Assembly: GCA_977017645.1 (NCBI GenBank)
Contig: OZ360220.1
Coordinates: 87,978,001 to 88,042,000 of the forward strand
DNA: 64,000 nt
Direction of reading: 5' to 3'
Source: Torpedo marmorata
Taxonomy: Eukaryota
Shown here: positions 1 to 12,540 of the stretch, piece by piece
Layout: the number at the start of each line of letters is the position of its first letter
How positions within the stretch are numbered: position 1 is the stretch's first letter
Translations under genes and position numbers: made by a program
Notes under the pieces: generated by a model
Told to the model about the DNA's origin: nothing
Database searches by the model: none
What the model saw: only the letters and a program-made list of their open reading frames with translations

Positions 1-399
1 TTCCTGGTTAGCCTCCCCCATTCTAGTTTCAATGCTTACCATCATCCAAAACTGTCTTCTCAGCATATTAACCTAATGCATAAAACATATATCTGTGAAA
101 AAGCTTCTGATTAAATGCTCCTGATGCAGCTTGGTAGTTTTGTTTTAAGACACTCATGAAGCACCTTAGGGATTTTTTGCTTATTTCACGATGCCATTAT
201 ACAATATTTTTTCTTTGTTGTTCGAATTTGTTATGATAAATTAGAACATTTATCTTTAATATACTGATTTGGCAATATAAATTTGTTGTATTAACTGCGT
301 TGTTAGAAGCTCAAAGTATGGCTCTAGTATTCCTGCAGACTTTCGTACATCTAATTTTAAATCATGGGGTAGATTTCCACTCATTGGGCAATCGAGTTC

Positions 400-478
400 A
401 ACACTGTTTGACCTGCTGAGTTCTCCAGCTTTTGTGTTTTTTACTTCTACCACGGTGTCTACAGATTTTCGTGTTTAC
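400..478 (+). repeat. Penelope pseudo-LTR 3' tail fragment
   Basis: acactgtttgacctgctgagttctccagc...cacggtgtctacagattttcgtgttt is nearly identical to 20355-20432. Confidence 0.75.
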
Positions 479-3400
479 AGTTGAAGACAAAGGTGGGAGT
501 GGTCATCGTCGGAGTGGGCTGAGTCAGAGTGGTAAGGCTTTGGCTCAACAGGCTTCGGAAAGAACAGGTAAGAGTCGAGGAATAGTCGGAGTTGAAGTCA
601 GAAAGGGCCACCCTATTCGAGGAACAAAAAGGATTCAGCAGGTAGGCACAGGTAAGGACAGATTTTTCAGATATCATATATTTTGTTCATCTAGTCATAG
701 ACAGTGGGAACGGCAGCCAAGGCAGGGGAATGCTCCTCTTGCAAAATATGGGTCGTCAGGGAAGCCAGTAGTATCCCTGACGACTTCATCTGCAATGAGT
801 GCATCCAGCTGCAGCTCCTGACAAGACGAGTTAAGGAATTGGAGCTGGAGTTGGATGAACTCTGGATCATTTGGGAGGCAGAGGGGGTGATAGACAGGAG
901 TTACAGGGACACTATCACACCTAGGAGGCAGGAGGAGGGTAGATGGGTGACAGTCAGGAGAGGGAAAGGGAACAGGCAGGCAGTGCAGGGCACCCCTGTG
1001 GACATTCCCCTCAATAACAAGTATACCATTTTGAATACTGTTGAGGTGGGGGGGGGGACCTACCAGGGACAAGCCATGAAGATCAGATCTCTGGCACGGA
1101 GTCTGCTCCTGTGGCTAAGAATGGAAGGGAGGAGAAGAGGAGAGCTGTAGTGATAGGGGATTCCATAGTTAGGGGGACAGATAAGAGATTCTGTGGAAGA
1201 GATCAAGTATCCTGGAGGGTATGTTTACTCCCCGGTGCCAGGGTCCGAGATACCTCAGATCGAGTTCACGGCATTCTCAGGAGGGAGGGTGAGCAGCCAG
1301 ATGTCGTGGTCATGTAGGGACCAATGACGTGGGTAGGAAGGGTGAGGAGGTCCTGCAAGGAGAGTTCAGGGAGTTAGGAGCTAGGTTGAAGGACAGGACC
1401 TCCAGGGTAGTGATCTTAGGATTGCTACCCATGCTACGTGCTGGTGAGGTTCGAAATAGGAGGATAATGCAGCTTAACACGTGGCTAAAGACATGGTGTA
1501 GGAGGGAGGGCTTCAAGTTTCTGGATCATTGGGCTCTCGTCCAGGGAAGGTGGGACCTGTTCCGACGGGACGGTTTGCATCTGAACTGGAAGGGGACAAA
1601 TATCCTTGCGGGAAGGTTTGCTAGTGCTGCTCCGGTGCGTTTCAACTAGTTTTTCAGGGGGAGGGGAACCACAGTGCCAGAGCAGATAGAGGAGTGGAGG
1701 AGGGAAAATATGATGTTAAAATTGCATGCACCATTAGAAGTCAACGGGTTGAATGTGGTGGAAATGTTCTCAGGTGCATCTATTTCAATACAAGGAGTAT
1801 TGTAAGAAAGGTAGACGAGAGCGTGGATTGGCACGTGGAATTATGACATTGTGGCCATTAGTGAAACTTAGTTGCAGGAGGGGCAGGACTGGCAGCTCAA
1901 TGTCTGTGCTTCCGTTGCTTTAGACATGATAGAATAGGGGGGATGAAAGGGGGAGGAGTGGCATTGCTCTTTAGGGAAAATATCCCAGCTGTGCTCAGGC
2001 AGGACAGACCAGAGGGCTCATCTACTGAGGCTATTTGGGTGGAGCTGAGGAACGGGAAAGGTATGACGACACTCATGGTGTTATATTATAGACCGCCCAA
2101 TAGTCAGCGAGAATTAGAGGAGCAAATCTGTAGATAGATAGCAGTCAGCTGCAGGAAACATAAGGTTGTGATAGGAGGAGATTTTAACTTTCTACATATT
2201 GACTGGGACTCCCATACTATAAAAGGGCTGGATGGCTTGGAGTTTGTCAAATGTGTTCAGGAAACTTTCTAACTCAATATATAGAGGTACCAACTAGAGA
2301 GAGTTCAATACTGGATCTCCTATTAGGGAACGAGACAGGACAGGTGACAGAAGTATGTGGAGGGGAACATTTTGGGTCCAGCGATCATAATGCCATTAGT
2401 TTCAAGTTAATTATGGAGAAGGATAGGTCTGGGCCTCGGGTTGAGATTCTAAATTGGAGAAAGGCCAATTTTGAGGAAATGAGAAAGGATCTAGAATGCG
2501 TGGACTGGGATAAATTGTTTTCGGGCAAGGATGTGCAAGGTAAGTGGAGAACCTTCAAAGGTGAAATTTTTGAGAGTACAGAGTTTGTATGTTCCTGTCA
2601 GGATCAAAGTCAAGGTTAGAAGGCATAGGGAACCTTGGTTTTCGAGGGATATTGGGGATCTGGTTCGGAAGAAGAGAGAGGTGTGCAACATGGAGCAAAT
2701 GAGGTACTTGAGGAGTATGAAAAATTCAAGAAAAACCTCAAGAAAGAAATCAGGAAGGCGAAAAAAGACATGAGATTACTTTGCAGACAATGTGAAGGAA
2801 AATCCTAAGGGTTTCTACAGGTATATTAAGAGCAAAAGGATAGTAAGAGACAAAATTGATCCCCTTGAAGATCAGAGTGGTCGACTTTGTATGGTGCCAA
2901 AAGAGATGGGGGAGATCTTAAATTTTTTTTTTCATCAGTATTCACTCAGCAAAAGGGCACAGAGTCGTGGGAAGTAAGGGAAACAAGCAGTGAGGTCATG
3001 GAAACTATACAGATTAAAGAAAAAGTTGAAGGTAAAGGTTCCATTATTGTCATGTAATACTACATTTAGAATGTAACATCCATGAAATTCTTTAATTTTT
3101 TGTCTACCGTAAGGCAGACAGAGAGTCGCTATTTTGTCCAGCATCCCTCACAGAAACCTACAGCACCTGGTGTTCCTAGGCAGTCTCCCCTCCAAGTACT
3201 GATTAGTCCTGTGCCTGCTTAGCCTCCGAGATCAGAAAATCTCAGTCGTATTCAGGCTATTGGTGCTGTAGGCCTGACAAGATATTCCCTCGGACCTTAA
3301 GGGAGGCTAGTGTAGAAATTGCAGGGGCTCTGGCAGAAATATTTAAAATGTCCCTAGCCACAGGTGTGGTGCCAGAGGATTGGAGGTTAGTTCATGTTGA

Positions 3401-4835
3401 ACTGTTGTTTAAAAAAGGCTCCAAAAGTAACCACGAAAATTATAGGCCAGTGAGCCTGACGTCAGTAGTAGGTAAATTATTGGAAGGTGTTCTCAGAGAT
3501 CGGATATACAAGTATTTGGATAGCCATGGACAGATTAGGCATAGTCAACATGGCTTTGTGAGTGATAAGTCGAGTTTAACCAATCTTATAGAGTTTTTCG
3601 AGGAGGTTACCAGGAAAGTTGATGAAGGAAAGGCTGTGGATGTTGTCTACATGGACTTTACTAAGGCTTTTAACAAGGTCCCGCATGGGAGGTTAGTCAG
3701 GAAGGTTCAGACGCTCGGTATTCATGGTGAAGTAGTGAACTGGATTCGACAATGGCTGGACGGGAGAAGCCAGCGAGTAGTTGTGGATGATTGCTTCTCA
3801 GTCTGGAGGCCTGTGACGAGTGGTGTGCCTCAGGGATCAGTGCTGGGACCTTTGTTGTTTGTCATCTATATCAATGATCTGGATGATAATGTGGTAAATT
3901 GGATCAGCAAGCTTGCAGATGATACTAAGATTGGAGGTGTTGTGGACAGCGAAGAATGTTTTCACAGCTTGCAGAGGGATCTGGACCAGCTGGAAAAATG
4001 GGCTGAAAAATGGCAGATGGGATTTAATGCAGACAAGTGTGAGGTGTTGCATTTTGGAAGGACAAACCAAGAAAGGACATACACGGTAAATGGTAGGGCA
4101 CTGAGGAGTGCGGTAGAACAGAGGGACCTGGGAATACAGATACATAATTCCCTGAAAGTGGCATCACAGGTGGATAGGGTTTAAAGAGAGCTTTTGGCAT
4201 ATTGGCCTTCAGAAATCAAAGTATTGAGTATAGGAGTTGGGATGTTATGTTAAAGTTGTATAAGACATTGGTGAGGCCACATTTGGAGTATTGTGTGCAG
4301 TTTTGGTCACCTAACTACAGGAAAGATATCAATAAGATAGAAAGAGTGCAGAGAAGATTTACTAGGATGTTGCCCGGACTTCAGGAACTGAGTTACTGGG
4401 AAAGGTTAAACAGGTTAGGACTTTATTCCCTGGAGCGTAGAAGAATGAGGGGAGATTTGATAGAGGTATTTAAAATTATGAGGGGGGTAGAGAGAGTAAA
4501 TGTAGATAGGCTTTTTCCACTGAGGGTAGGTGTGATACAAACCAGAGGTCAAGGGTTAAGAGTGAAGGGGAAAATTTTAGGGGGAACATGAGGGGGACCT
4601 TCATCACACAGAGAGTGGTCGGGGTGTGGAACAAGCTTCCAGCTGAAGTGGTAAATGCGGGCTCAATTTTAACATTTAAGAGGAATTTGGACAGGTACAT
4701 GGATGGGAGAGGCATGGAGGGCTATGGACTGGGTGCAGGTCAGTGGGACTAGGCAAAAAAAAATGGTTAACTCAGATTAAAGGGCCGAAGAGGCCTGATT
4801 CTGTGCTGTAATTCTCTCTGGTTCTGTGGTTCTAT
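479..4835 (+). mobile_element. Near full-length CR1 (HER1-like) LINE, degenerate
   Basis: ORF1 pieces have Cys motifs and a leucine zipper (CSSC...FICNEC..L..L) and an SGNH esterase motif (VIGDS, DGLH). ORF2 pieces include APE (YYRPPN, SDH) and RT ([22 protein letters not shown] at 3348-4184). The 3' tail has (tctatggt)-type repeats at about 4815-4835. Several frameshifts and stops are present. Confidence 0.93.
3025..3273 (-). mobile_element. 5S rRNA-derived SINE (SINE3-type), copy 1, inserted in CR1
   Basis: The reverse complement starts gcctacagc..., contains 5S box A/C-like gatctcggaggctaagcagg and gtacttggaggggagac, and ends its 5S part with ggtgctgtaggt. A roughly 130-bp body and tail follows, shared with 37391-37642. 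Confidence 0.85.
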
Positions 4836-5345
4836 GAGGAGCTAATGCAAGTTGAAGAATTTGAAGTTTTATGTAGAGCAAGGGAAGAGATTGCTGTGAC
4901 CCTGATGAATAAATGTAAATCTTTCCTGGCCATAGGTGAGGGGCCAGATGACTTGGTAGATAACAAATGTGGTGCCTTTATTCGTGAAGGTTAGATGTGA
5001 TAAACCAAGTAATTACAGGCCAGTTAGTATTACATAAGAGGGAACTTATTGGAATAAATTCTGAAACACAGGATTAATATACATTTGGAAAGACAGAGAT
5101 TGATCACAGACTTGTGGTGGGAGATTTCATCTAACTAATTGAGTGTTTTTGAAAAGGTAAATATTCATTGCTGTGCAGTAGATGTGATTTTCGTGGACTT
5201 CTGTTCGGCCTTTGAGAAGGTCCCACATGGATGGCTGATCCAAGGCTAGACAAAATTGGCAAATTATATCCAAAATTGGATTTATACAAGGAGATATACT
5301 GTAGTATGTTGGTGGAGGAGTGCTTTTGTGATTGGAAATTTGTAC
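4836..5345 (+). mobile_element. Old CR1 RT fragment (continues about 6610-7180)
   Basis: Degenerate matches to the CR1 RT motifs NYRPVS and VDF..AFEKVPHG. Confidence 0.65.
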
Positions 5346-5394
5346 GAATAGAAGGGATTGAAGCTGGGATTCTTACTGTTTATTGTATGTGCAA

Positions 5395-6170
5395 TGCACA
5401 AAAGTGCTGGAGAAACTCAGCAGGTCACGTAGCATCCAGAGAAAGTACAAGGCAGTCGACGTTTCAGGCCTGAGCCTTTCTTCAGGAGTGCCAAAAATCA
5501 GGTAATGCCTGAATAAAATGGTATGGTGAGGAGAAGGGGGTTTCCCCTCTACTGCCATTAACTCAGCCTTTACCAGCATCTCCTCTATTTCCTCCACACC
5601 CACCATGGCCCATACCACATCTCTGCAATTTCTGGCATCTACAATGGGATCCCACTACCAGACATAGTGTCCCCTCCCAAGCCCTCTCCACTTTCTGGAG
5701 GGAACGTTACCTCTAGGACTCCCTCACCAACTCATCCCTTCCTTCCAATCACCCCCATGTACTGCCAAGTTGAGGCCACCTGGATATTGGAGGAATACCA
5801 CCTTATATTCTGTCTTGGGAGTCTCCAACCAAATGGCATCAATAACAACCTCCAATTTCCATTAAACCCTTCCACAGTCTGTCTCTTTCCCTTACCCTAT
5901 TGTTTCCCTTCCTCCAGCTCCCTACCCCTTTCCTTCCTTCTCCTATCACAGTGCTGTCTTTTTAGCCCTCTGCCTTCTCCTCTTTCACTTCTCAGCTTCT
6001 AACCTCCTACCTGTTACCTCTTATCTGTTAACCCGTGCTCCTCCCCCTTCCCCCACCACCCCATCTTTTTATTGATGCCTCTGCCTCTGCCTGATTTTTG
6101 ACATCTTTGAAGTAGGGCACAGGCTCAAAACGTCGACCGTCTTTTCCTTCCTGTGGTTGCTGTGTGACCT
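5395..6170 (+). mobile_element. Internally deleted Penelope-like element with inverted 5' pseudo-LTR
   Basis: An inverted pLTR at about 5395-5530 is followed by plus-strand remnants of the GIY-YIG region (LEEYHLIFCLGSLQPNGIN) and a 3' pLTR at about 5880-6170. Confidence 0.75.
5451..5492 (-). ncRNA. Minimal type I hammerhead ribozyme motif in a Penelope pLTR
   Basis: Minus strand reads ggcactc-CTGAAGA-a-aggc(tcag)gcct-GAAA-c-GTC-gactgcc. The CUGANGA/GAAA/GUC core is intact, stem II has 4 bp, and stem I pairs at 6 of 7 positions. Confidence 0.7.
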
Positions 6171-6174
6171 TTAC

Positions 6175-6605
6175 AACATCTACTCACTTGTCAGGAAGGT
6201 GCAACAGCGACTGCATTTCCTGAGAAGACTGAACCAGGCAAGGCTACCAGCACCACCCTGTCAACCTTCTACAGGAGCTCTATCGAGAGCATCCTGGCCG
6301 GATGTTTTACAGTGTGGTACGGTTGCTGCAGAGAAATGGATCGGAGGTCAATCCACAGGACCATAATCTTGGCAGAGGGGATCATTGGAGTCTCCTCCCC
6401 ACCCCCCACCCCCCCCTCCCCACCATCGACGTGGTCTACCGGGATCGTTGTCTGAAGAGGGTGTGCAAAATCATTAAGGATCCCTTCCACCCTGCACACA
6501 GCATCTTTCAGCTGCTCCCATCGGGAAAGAGATACAGGAGTATCAGAGCCAGCACCACTCGGCTGAGGAAGAGCTTCTTCCCACGGGAAGTGAGAATGCT
6601 GAACC
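6175..6605 (+). mobile_element. Rex1/Babar-type LINE 3' fragment
   Basis: Peptide remnants QQRLHFLRRL, FYRSSIESIL and IIKDPFHPAHSIFQLLPSGKRYRSI are typical of the Rex1 ORF C-terminus. Confidence 0.85.
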
Positions 6606-6826
6606 ACCAAATGATTTTGGGATGTCAAGTAAGTGTAGAACAGAAACCATGAATGATAAGGTCCTAGGGAATATTGAGGATCAAAGGGACATTGGTCTGC
6701 AAGTCTAAAGATCGGTGAGGGTGGCAGCACAGGTAGCAAGGTTGATGATCAAGGCATGTGAGATGCTTGCCTTCATTGGCTGGGGCACAGAGCATAAGAG
6801 CAAGGAGAACTTAGTATAACCTTACA

Positions 6827-7035
6827 CAGGTATACCCCGCTTTACGAATACTCGCTTTATGCAAATTCGCTTTTACGAAGAAACCTGTGTTCGCTATCTG
6901 AAAGAAATTTGAATGGGTTTTTGCTTTTACGAAAATAGCCTTCAATAGTAGTGAATGGGTCTTCACTTCACGGCATTTTGGCTTACGGAAGGTTTCATAG
7001 GATTGCTCTACTTTCGTAAAGCGGGGTATACCACT
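6827..7035. mobile_element. Tc1/mariner-pogo (Tigger-like) MITE
   Basis: Perfect 20-bp inverted repeat ggtataccccgctttacgaa (6829-6848 / 7013-7032). The extreme termini are degenerate. Confidence 0.7.
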
Positions 7036-7184
7036 TTACAATGTAAAGCATTGATGGAATATCATGTTCAGTTTTGGTCACCCTGCTAAAGGCACAAGAA
7101 AGGATGCAGAGGAGAGAATGGAATGTTTCAGTTTTGAGGAGAGACAGGGTTGGTTTTCCTCAGAGAAGAGGAGCTGAGTGAGCC

Positions 7185-7560
7185 TATCAATGTGATTTAC
7201 TGGGATCACTGTTTAAAGAGGGCTTGCAAAATCAAGGAGGACCCCTACCACCCCGCATACAGCATCTTCCAGCTACTCCCGTCGGGATAAAGATACAGAT
7301 GTATCAGAGCAGGAACCACCAGGCTGAGGAACAGCTTCTTCCCACTGGCAGTGAGACTGCTGAATGACTGCTAAAACAATTTTCTGTGACTCTACTATTT
7401 ATTAATAATATTTATTTTAATATATGTACACATGTACTGTATATGTGTGTCGTTTGTGTCTGTACGTGTGTTTTGCACTGTTCTGCACCGTGGACTGGAA
7501 AACGCTGTTTTATTGGGTTGCACTGGTACAATTGGATGACAAATAAACTTGAACTTGGAA
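7185..7560 (+). mobile_element. Rex1/Babar LINE 3' end
   Basis: Homologous to 6420-6600 and ends gacaaataaacttgaactt. Confidence 0.8.
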
Positions 7561-9434
7561 CTATTGCTTTCCATGGATGCTGCGTTGTCCTGCTAAGTCC
7601 CTCCAGTACTTTTGTGTATTCTCCTCATTCTCTAACATCTGCGGACTCCTTGTTCACCACCAGTGAAAACATATAGGTGTTTCTCACTTTCATCCTTTGT
7701 AGATACAAGAATGGGATTAGTTATAATCCATTATCTGTCAATCAATGTGAAACATATTTTGTGAAGTGTAGATGTTTCAAAGTTTTATTGTTAATCTGAA
7801 GAACATACAAGCTTGTACTGATTTTGCATTAACCATCAGATTTGGAGCCTATACAAAAACAAGAGTATTATCACACAGTTTCTAAGGTTGCAGTGGTTAT
7901 TTCATCCCTATAACATAATATATGCATTTTAACTTACTGACTGATCTTAAGTCACATTTCTTAGATGTAATTGCCTTTCATACAATAATAAAACAAGCTG
8001 ATCAACTTCTTGAAGTTGAAGTCTTACTTCAGATTTTACTATATTGTCCTTAAAGGGAAAGTCAACCTGCTGCGAAGATACAGTATATCTTAACTGAGTT
8101 ACATTTAAACACAAGCATTAGTATCTCCCAATTAATAAATTACAGAACACCAATACAGCTTTATTTATCTTGCACAAATTATTTGTTCATGTTGGCAACA
8201 ACTTTAGCAATTATTATTATTTTAGCTTTTCTTCCAAGTATTCTATATCTAGAGTTGGGGAATTCATAATTATCCTGAAACAATTCACAAGAGATTTTTG
8301 TCTATATATGCATATATTCTGTTTTGACTCTGCATAGTGCTCGACAAGAGGTTTTTCAACATTTTCAAGAAAAAGATGAAGGGTCTTCAACCTGACACAT
8401 TAATTCTGTTTCTCTCTTCGAGCTTCCTAGCCTGCTGAGCGCTTCCAGCTTTTACTGTTGTATTTCAGATTCCTAGCATCTGCAGTTTTTTTATTCTTAC
8501 TTTAAGAGGTTTGATTGCAGTTGCATAAATTTCCTGAAATGATTCAATGCGAATGCAGTCTGTCAGTGATTTTCATCAAAATTCTGCCAATAATCCAGAG
8601 CAACTTCAGTGAGAGTTCAATGAAAGACTGATGTCATCAAAATCATTGAGGCTTCCACAGATTTTCCAACAAAATTGCAGTTTAAAATGAAGGAATCTTG
8701 AAAATTCATCCCTGTGTAAGCAATTCTAGGTTTTCTAATGTAGCTGTGCTTGCTCAATAATTTAATGATCTTACACTTTGTCTCAGCAAAAGCTGCAAAT
8801 TTATGATTTGTTTTGTGTGAATAAACCAGTTCCACCAGCCAGTATGTCAAAAATCAGAGGGCAGAGATGTAAGGTGCAATTGAGGAGAACAGTGTGAGGC
8901 CAAGTTTAAGTTTATTGTCACATGTACTGAGGTACAGTGAAAAGGTTTGTTTTGTGTGCTATTCATAATTACAGCAGAATAAAGCACAGCACAGAGAGTA
9001 GTGTTACAGTGCGATATCAGTAAATGTACTAGCAAGTGAATCAATTACGATGAAATATTTCTCAATAGAACCACAGAGAGACGAACATCCCTGCAGTAAG
9101 TTGTTGTGATGTGGAATGAATTACCTGTACCTTTCAAAAAGGAGTTGACATATACTTTAAGGCAAAACAAATATTCTGGGCTGCGGGGAATGATTGGGTG
9201 ACTAGTGCTAATTAGACTGCTCATTCCAAGTGCAGCACAGACATAATGGGCCAATGGCCTGTGCTGTAAGAGTCTGAAGTTAAAACACAATTCTGGAGAA
9301 ACTCAGCAAGTCAAACAATGTACTTCATATGGCAAAGATAAAGATACATAACCAACATTTCGGGCTTGAGCCTGTAAGAGTCTGAACTTGGTATCCTTTC
9401 TTGCTCTGTGGCTGTGTATTTGATGTGGAACATA

Positions 9435-10970
9435 CCGTATTTGACGGCATATAAGACCCACTTTTTCCCCAAAAATTGGCTCAAAAATATCCCCCGGGTC
9501 TTATATGCGAAGTTGAAATTGAGCAGGTCGCCGGCTACTTGCCCAGCTTCAAGAAACCCGTGGAGGCGCTGCGGCTGTCCAGGAAGCGGGCCCGCAGCTT
9601 CGCGGGCCACCGTCCCTTAGGTGGCCCGTGCTTTCCAGAGCCGTCACTGCCTCTCACTCCCCCCGGTGAGAAGGCCGACCACAGCAGCCCCTGCCAGCAG
9701 CGCAACAACCGTGTTTATAGTACACGCCGATGGTACAATCGATCGTTTGCTTTGGGTCTCGGTGATCAGGCTCCAAACTAAGCCTTTGTTCGACAGGCCG
9801 CTCGCTCACTGCCACCCGCCCCCATGCCTCATTCAATTTTCTCAGGGGGCCATGCTCGTCGAACAAAGGCTCAGTGTGGAGCCTGATCACCGAGGACCAG
9901 CACTCCCCTCAAAGCAAGCGATTGATCATCTGCTCCCTGTGACGGTGGGCCCTGCCGTTGCCCTGGTGACCAGCTTCTCCTCTCCCACCTCGCGCGCCCC
10001 TGGGTCCCGGTGCGCCTGTCAGTCAATCGCCATTTGCACGGTGGGGGGGGGGAAGTGGCCTGAGCCTCGGCGTGCAGCGGGCAAGAGGACATGTTGCTGC
10101 TGTTGCTCATGTGCAAGGAGGCCAGCGGTGGGCCACAAGCATGGGTGCCAATGGACCCTATGTTATTTTTATTTGGAGGTATTAAAAAACTTAGTATTAA
10201 GATGAAATTAAATATGTATCAAATAGAATTTTTGCGAATTGCTTTAGCTGTTTCAAAAAAATGTATTGCTATTACTTGGAAATCTGATGTAGATTTAGGG
10301 TTAGAAAGATGGCATGCAGAACTTCGTTCATGTATATCACTTGAAAAAATTATTACAATTTACGTAATAAGTATTATTTCTTTTTAAAAATTTGGAGCCC
10401 ATATACGAAAGTTGTTGGTTTAAGAATTTTAAAATCTCTGGACATTGGATCTACTGGCGAACCTAACCTCCATAATAGAATTAGTTTATAGATGTATATT
10501 TAGATTGACATTCTCCTTATTCTATCTTTTTCTTTTTTTAATTTTATTTTATTAGATTAGTAGGGTTGGGAGGGTTAGGGAGGTGGGGGTGGGAGGGGGG
10601 GGGGTGAAAATATATCACAAGTATTTTGATAATTTTATAATTTTATCTTATGTATTTTGTGATTTAAAATTTTAAATAAAATATTTAAAAATAAAAAAAA
10701 AGCATGGGTGCCAATCTGTCTCAGCCAAACACGGTGAAGTGCTCCAGTGAGCGGTGTACCGACAAATTCGGCTTCGGCCATGCAAGGCTGGAGGGTTTCC
10801 ATTGAGGTGAGTGAAGGCACATACACATGCGTTATCTACAAGGGGCCTTGCAGGAGGAATCTGTTCGCCAACTTACCCGTAAATACACTAAAAAAAAATC
10901 TTAATATTCCCTTCTGAAATGGGGGGGGGGGTCTTATATGCCCGTGGGTCTTATATGCCGTCAAATACGG
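9435..10970. mobile_element. Non-autonomous pogo/Passer-like DNA transposon with nested L1 fragment
   Basis: Perfect 27-bp TIRs ccgtatttgacggcatataagacccac (9435-9461 / 10944-10970) flanked by TA on both sides. The interior is GC-rich and non-coding. Confidence 0.9.
10153..10699 (+). mobile_element. 5'-truncated L1 (same family as 23023-26662)
   Basis: Encodes IALAVSKKCIAITWKSDVDLGLERW and has an A-rich tail. The 16-bp TSD aagcatgggtgccaat lies at 10137-10152 and 10700-10715. Confidence 0.9.
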
Positions 10971-12296
10971 TACTTGTTTCCTACTATTCAGAGGAAAAAA
11001 TATTTTTAGGCTATAAAATGCAGATAGTTATGCATTTCTTACTGTGATATCATTTTAAAAATTCTACTTGCTCCTTTCAAAGCATTGTTAAAAATATCCT
11101 TCTTCATTAAAACCAATCTCCAAACAATCTGTATAAGGCTCCGGCATTAAATCTGTCTCTTGATATATTTTTTAGAACTTTGTTAACATATGTCCAGCAG
11201 TTTGATTCTGATGAATAATGTGTGAGAGAAATTGGATTTTCTCAGTTCCTCAAAGGATGTTCCTTCATGTCTCCTTTGATGATTCCACCTGCAGTTTTTT
11301 AAAGTGGGGGCCCGACTATAATATGGATATGCAGAAGCATCACTTTTGAATAAGTACCTATTCACAGCCTTGTTGTATAAATCAAGAAAAGCTGACCTCC
11401 CTGTTCTGTCATTTGCTGATGCACATAGTCTTGCATATGGGTTTAACAGATAATTTCCCACATGGAGCAGCACAAATGTCAATACTACCCACAAAAAAGA
11501 AAAACAAGCTGGAGATATAATTTTCTGACATATTCTGGAAGGCAGAGAAAAGGGATCATGAAAAATTCTGCATGGGATCCAGGTGGGAGACAAGATGTGG
11601 CTGAGAAATGCAAATTTATCATCAATTATGTGCACTATGCTGCTGCTCAATAGATTCCTTTTGGAAATTTGACTTCACTTCAAAATGGTTTTTACTCAAC
11701 TAGTAGCAGTAAAAACATCAGGAAAATGCATCTGCACACCTGAAGCAAAATGTAATAATGGATTGAAATGAGCATTGTACCTGCCATATTAATTGGGAAA
11801 CAAATTTTAACAATTGATATGTGCAAGACAACATTAAGCTATTTCATTATGAATGCATATACTGTGAAATGTTCCCCTCAAGCAATTACCAAAATTGATT
11901 TCAATGAAATGAATTTCCGAGACAATGCACCAAGAGGGCAACATAGTGCACTACTGGATGGGGATGTACTTCCATGGACCAATATCCATTATCATTTTAA
12001 TGGTTGACTTTCCCTTTAATTTCACCACAAACTAATACATTCTTAAGTCACTCAGTGCATACAGGGTTTAGGAATGCTGCACAATCACAGACATGCTATC
12101 AGTCTAATGATTTGAATAGCTTGTAGTAAGATTGGTTTCTCCATTATTTCTTTACAGCCCCACAATGTTACAACAAACCTTCTGTTGTCCTTCACAGAGC
12201 CAATTTTAAAATTAGCCACATAATTGAAAAAATTGAAAGATGCAACTTCCCGTGTAAAATTAGATTGTGTGAACCTCCTCCTACTCACCACAAGTT

Positions 12297-12540
12297 TTTA
12301 ATTTTATTTATAGCACGGTAGAAGCAGATTCCGGCCATTTAAAATTTGTGCCACACAATTACACCCAAATTAACTTACAACCCTGTACATTTTGGAGGGT
12401 GGGAAGAAACCGGAGCACCTGGGGATAACCCATGCAGATCCAGGGAGTACGTACAAACTCCTTACAGACAGCGCCGGATTCGAACTCGGGTTGCTGGCGC
12501 TGTAATAGCGTCGCTTTAACTGCTACGCTAACCATGCCGT
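12297..12540 (-). mobile_element. tRNA-derived V-SINE (HE1-like)
   Basis: B box gagttcgaatcc, V-core gtaaggagtttgtacgt...ggtgctccggtttcttcccac, and a CR1-like tail. Confidence 0.85.

Noticed and set aside
8374-8490. Further hammerhead-like pLTR remnants (also about 6105-6140, 9350-9375, 41541-41575, 52740-52775)
   Set aside because: Core nucleotides are mutated or truncated, so they are counted as dead copies.
9476-10205. Overlapping long ORFs in a GC-rich block
   Set aside because: They lie within a TIR-bounded non-autonomous transposon, and their length is explained by high GC.
11183-11650. 155-aa minus-strand ORF
   Set aside because: No recognisable motif or exon context; probably a chance ORF.
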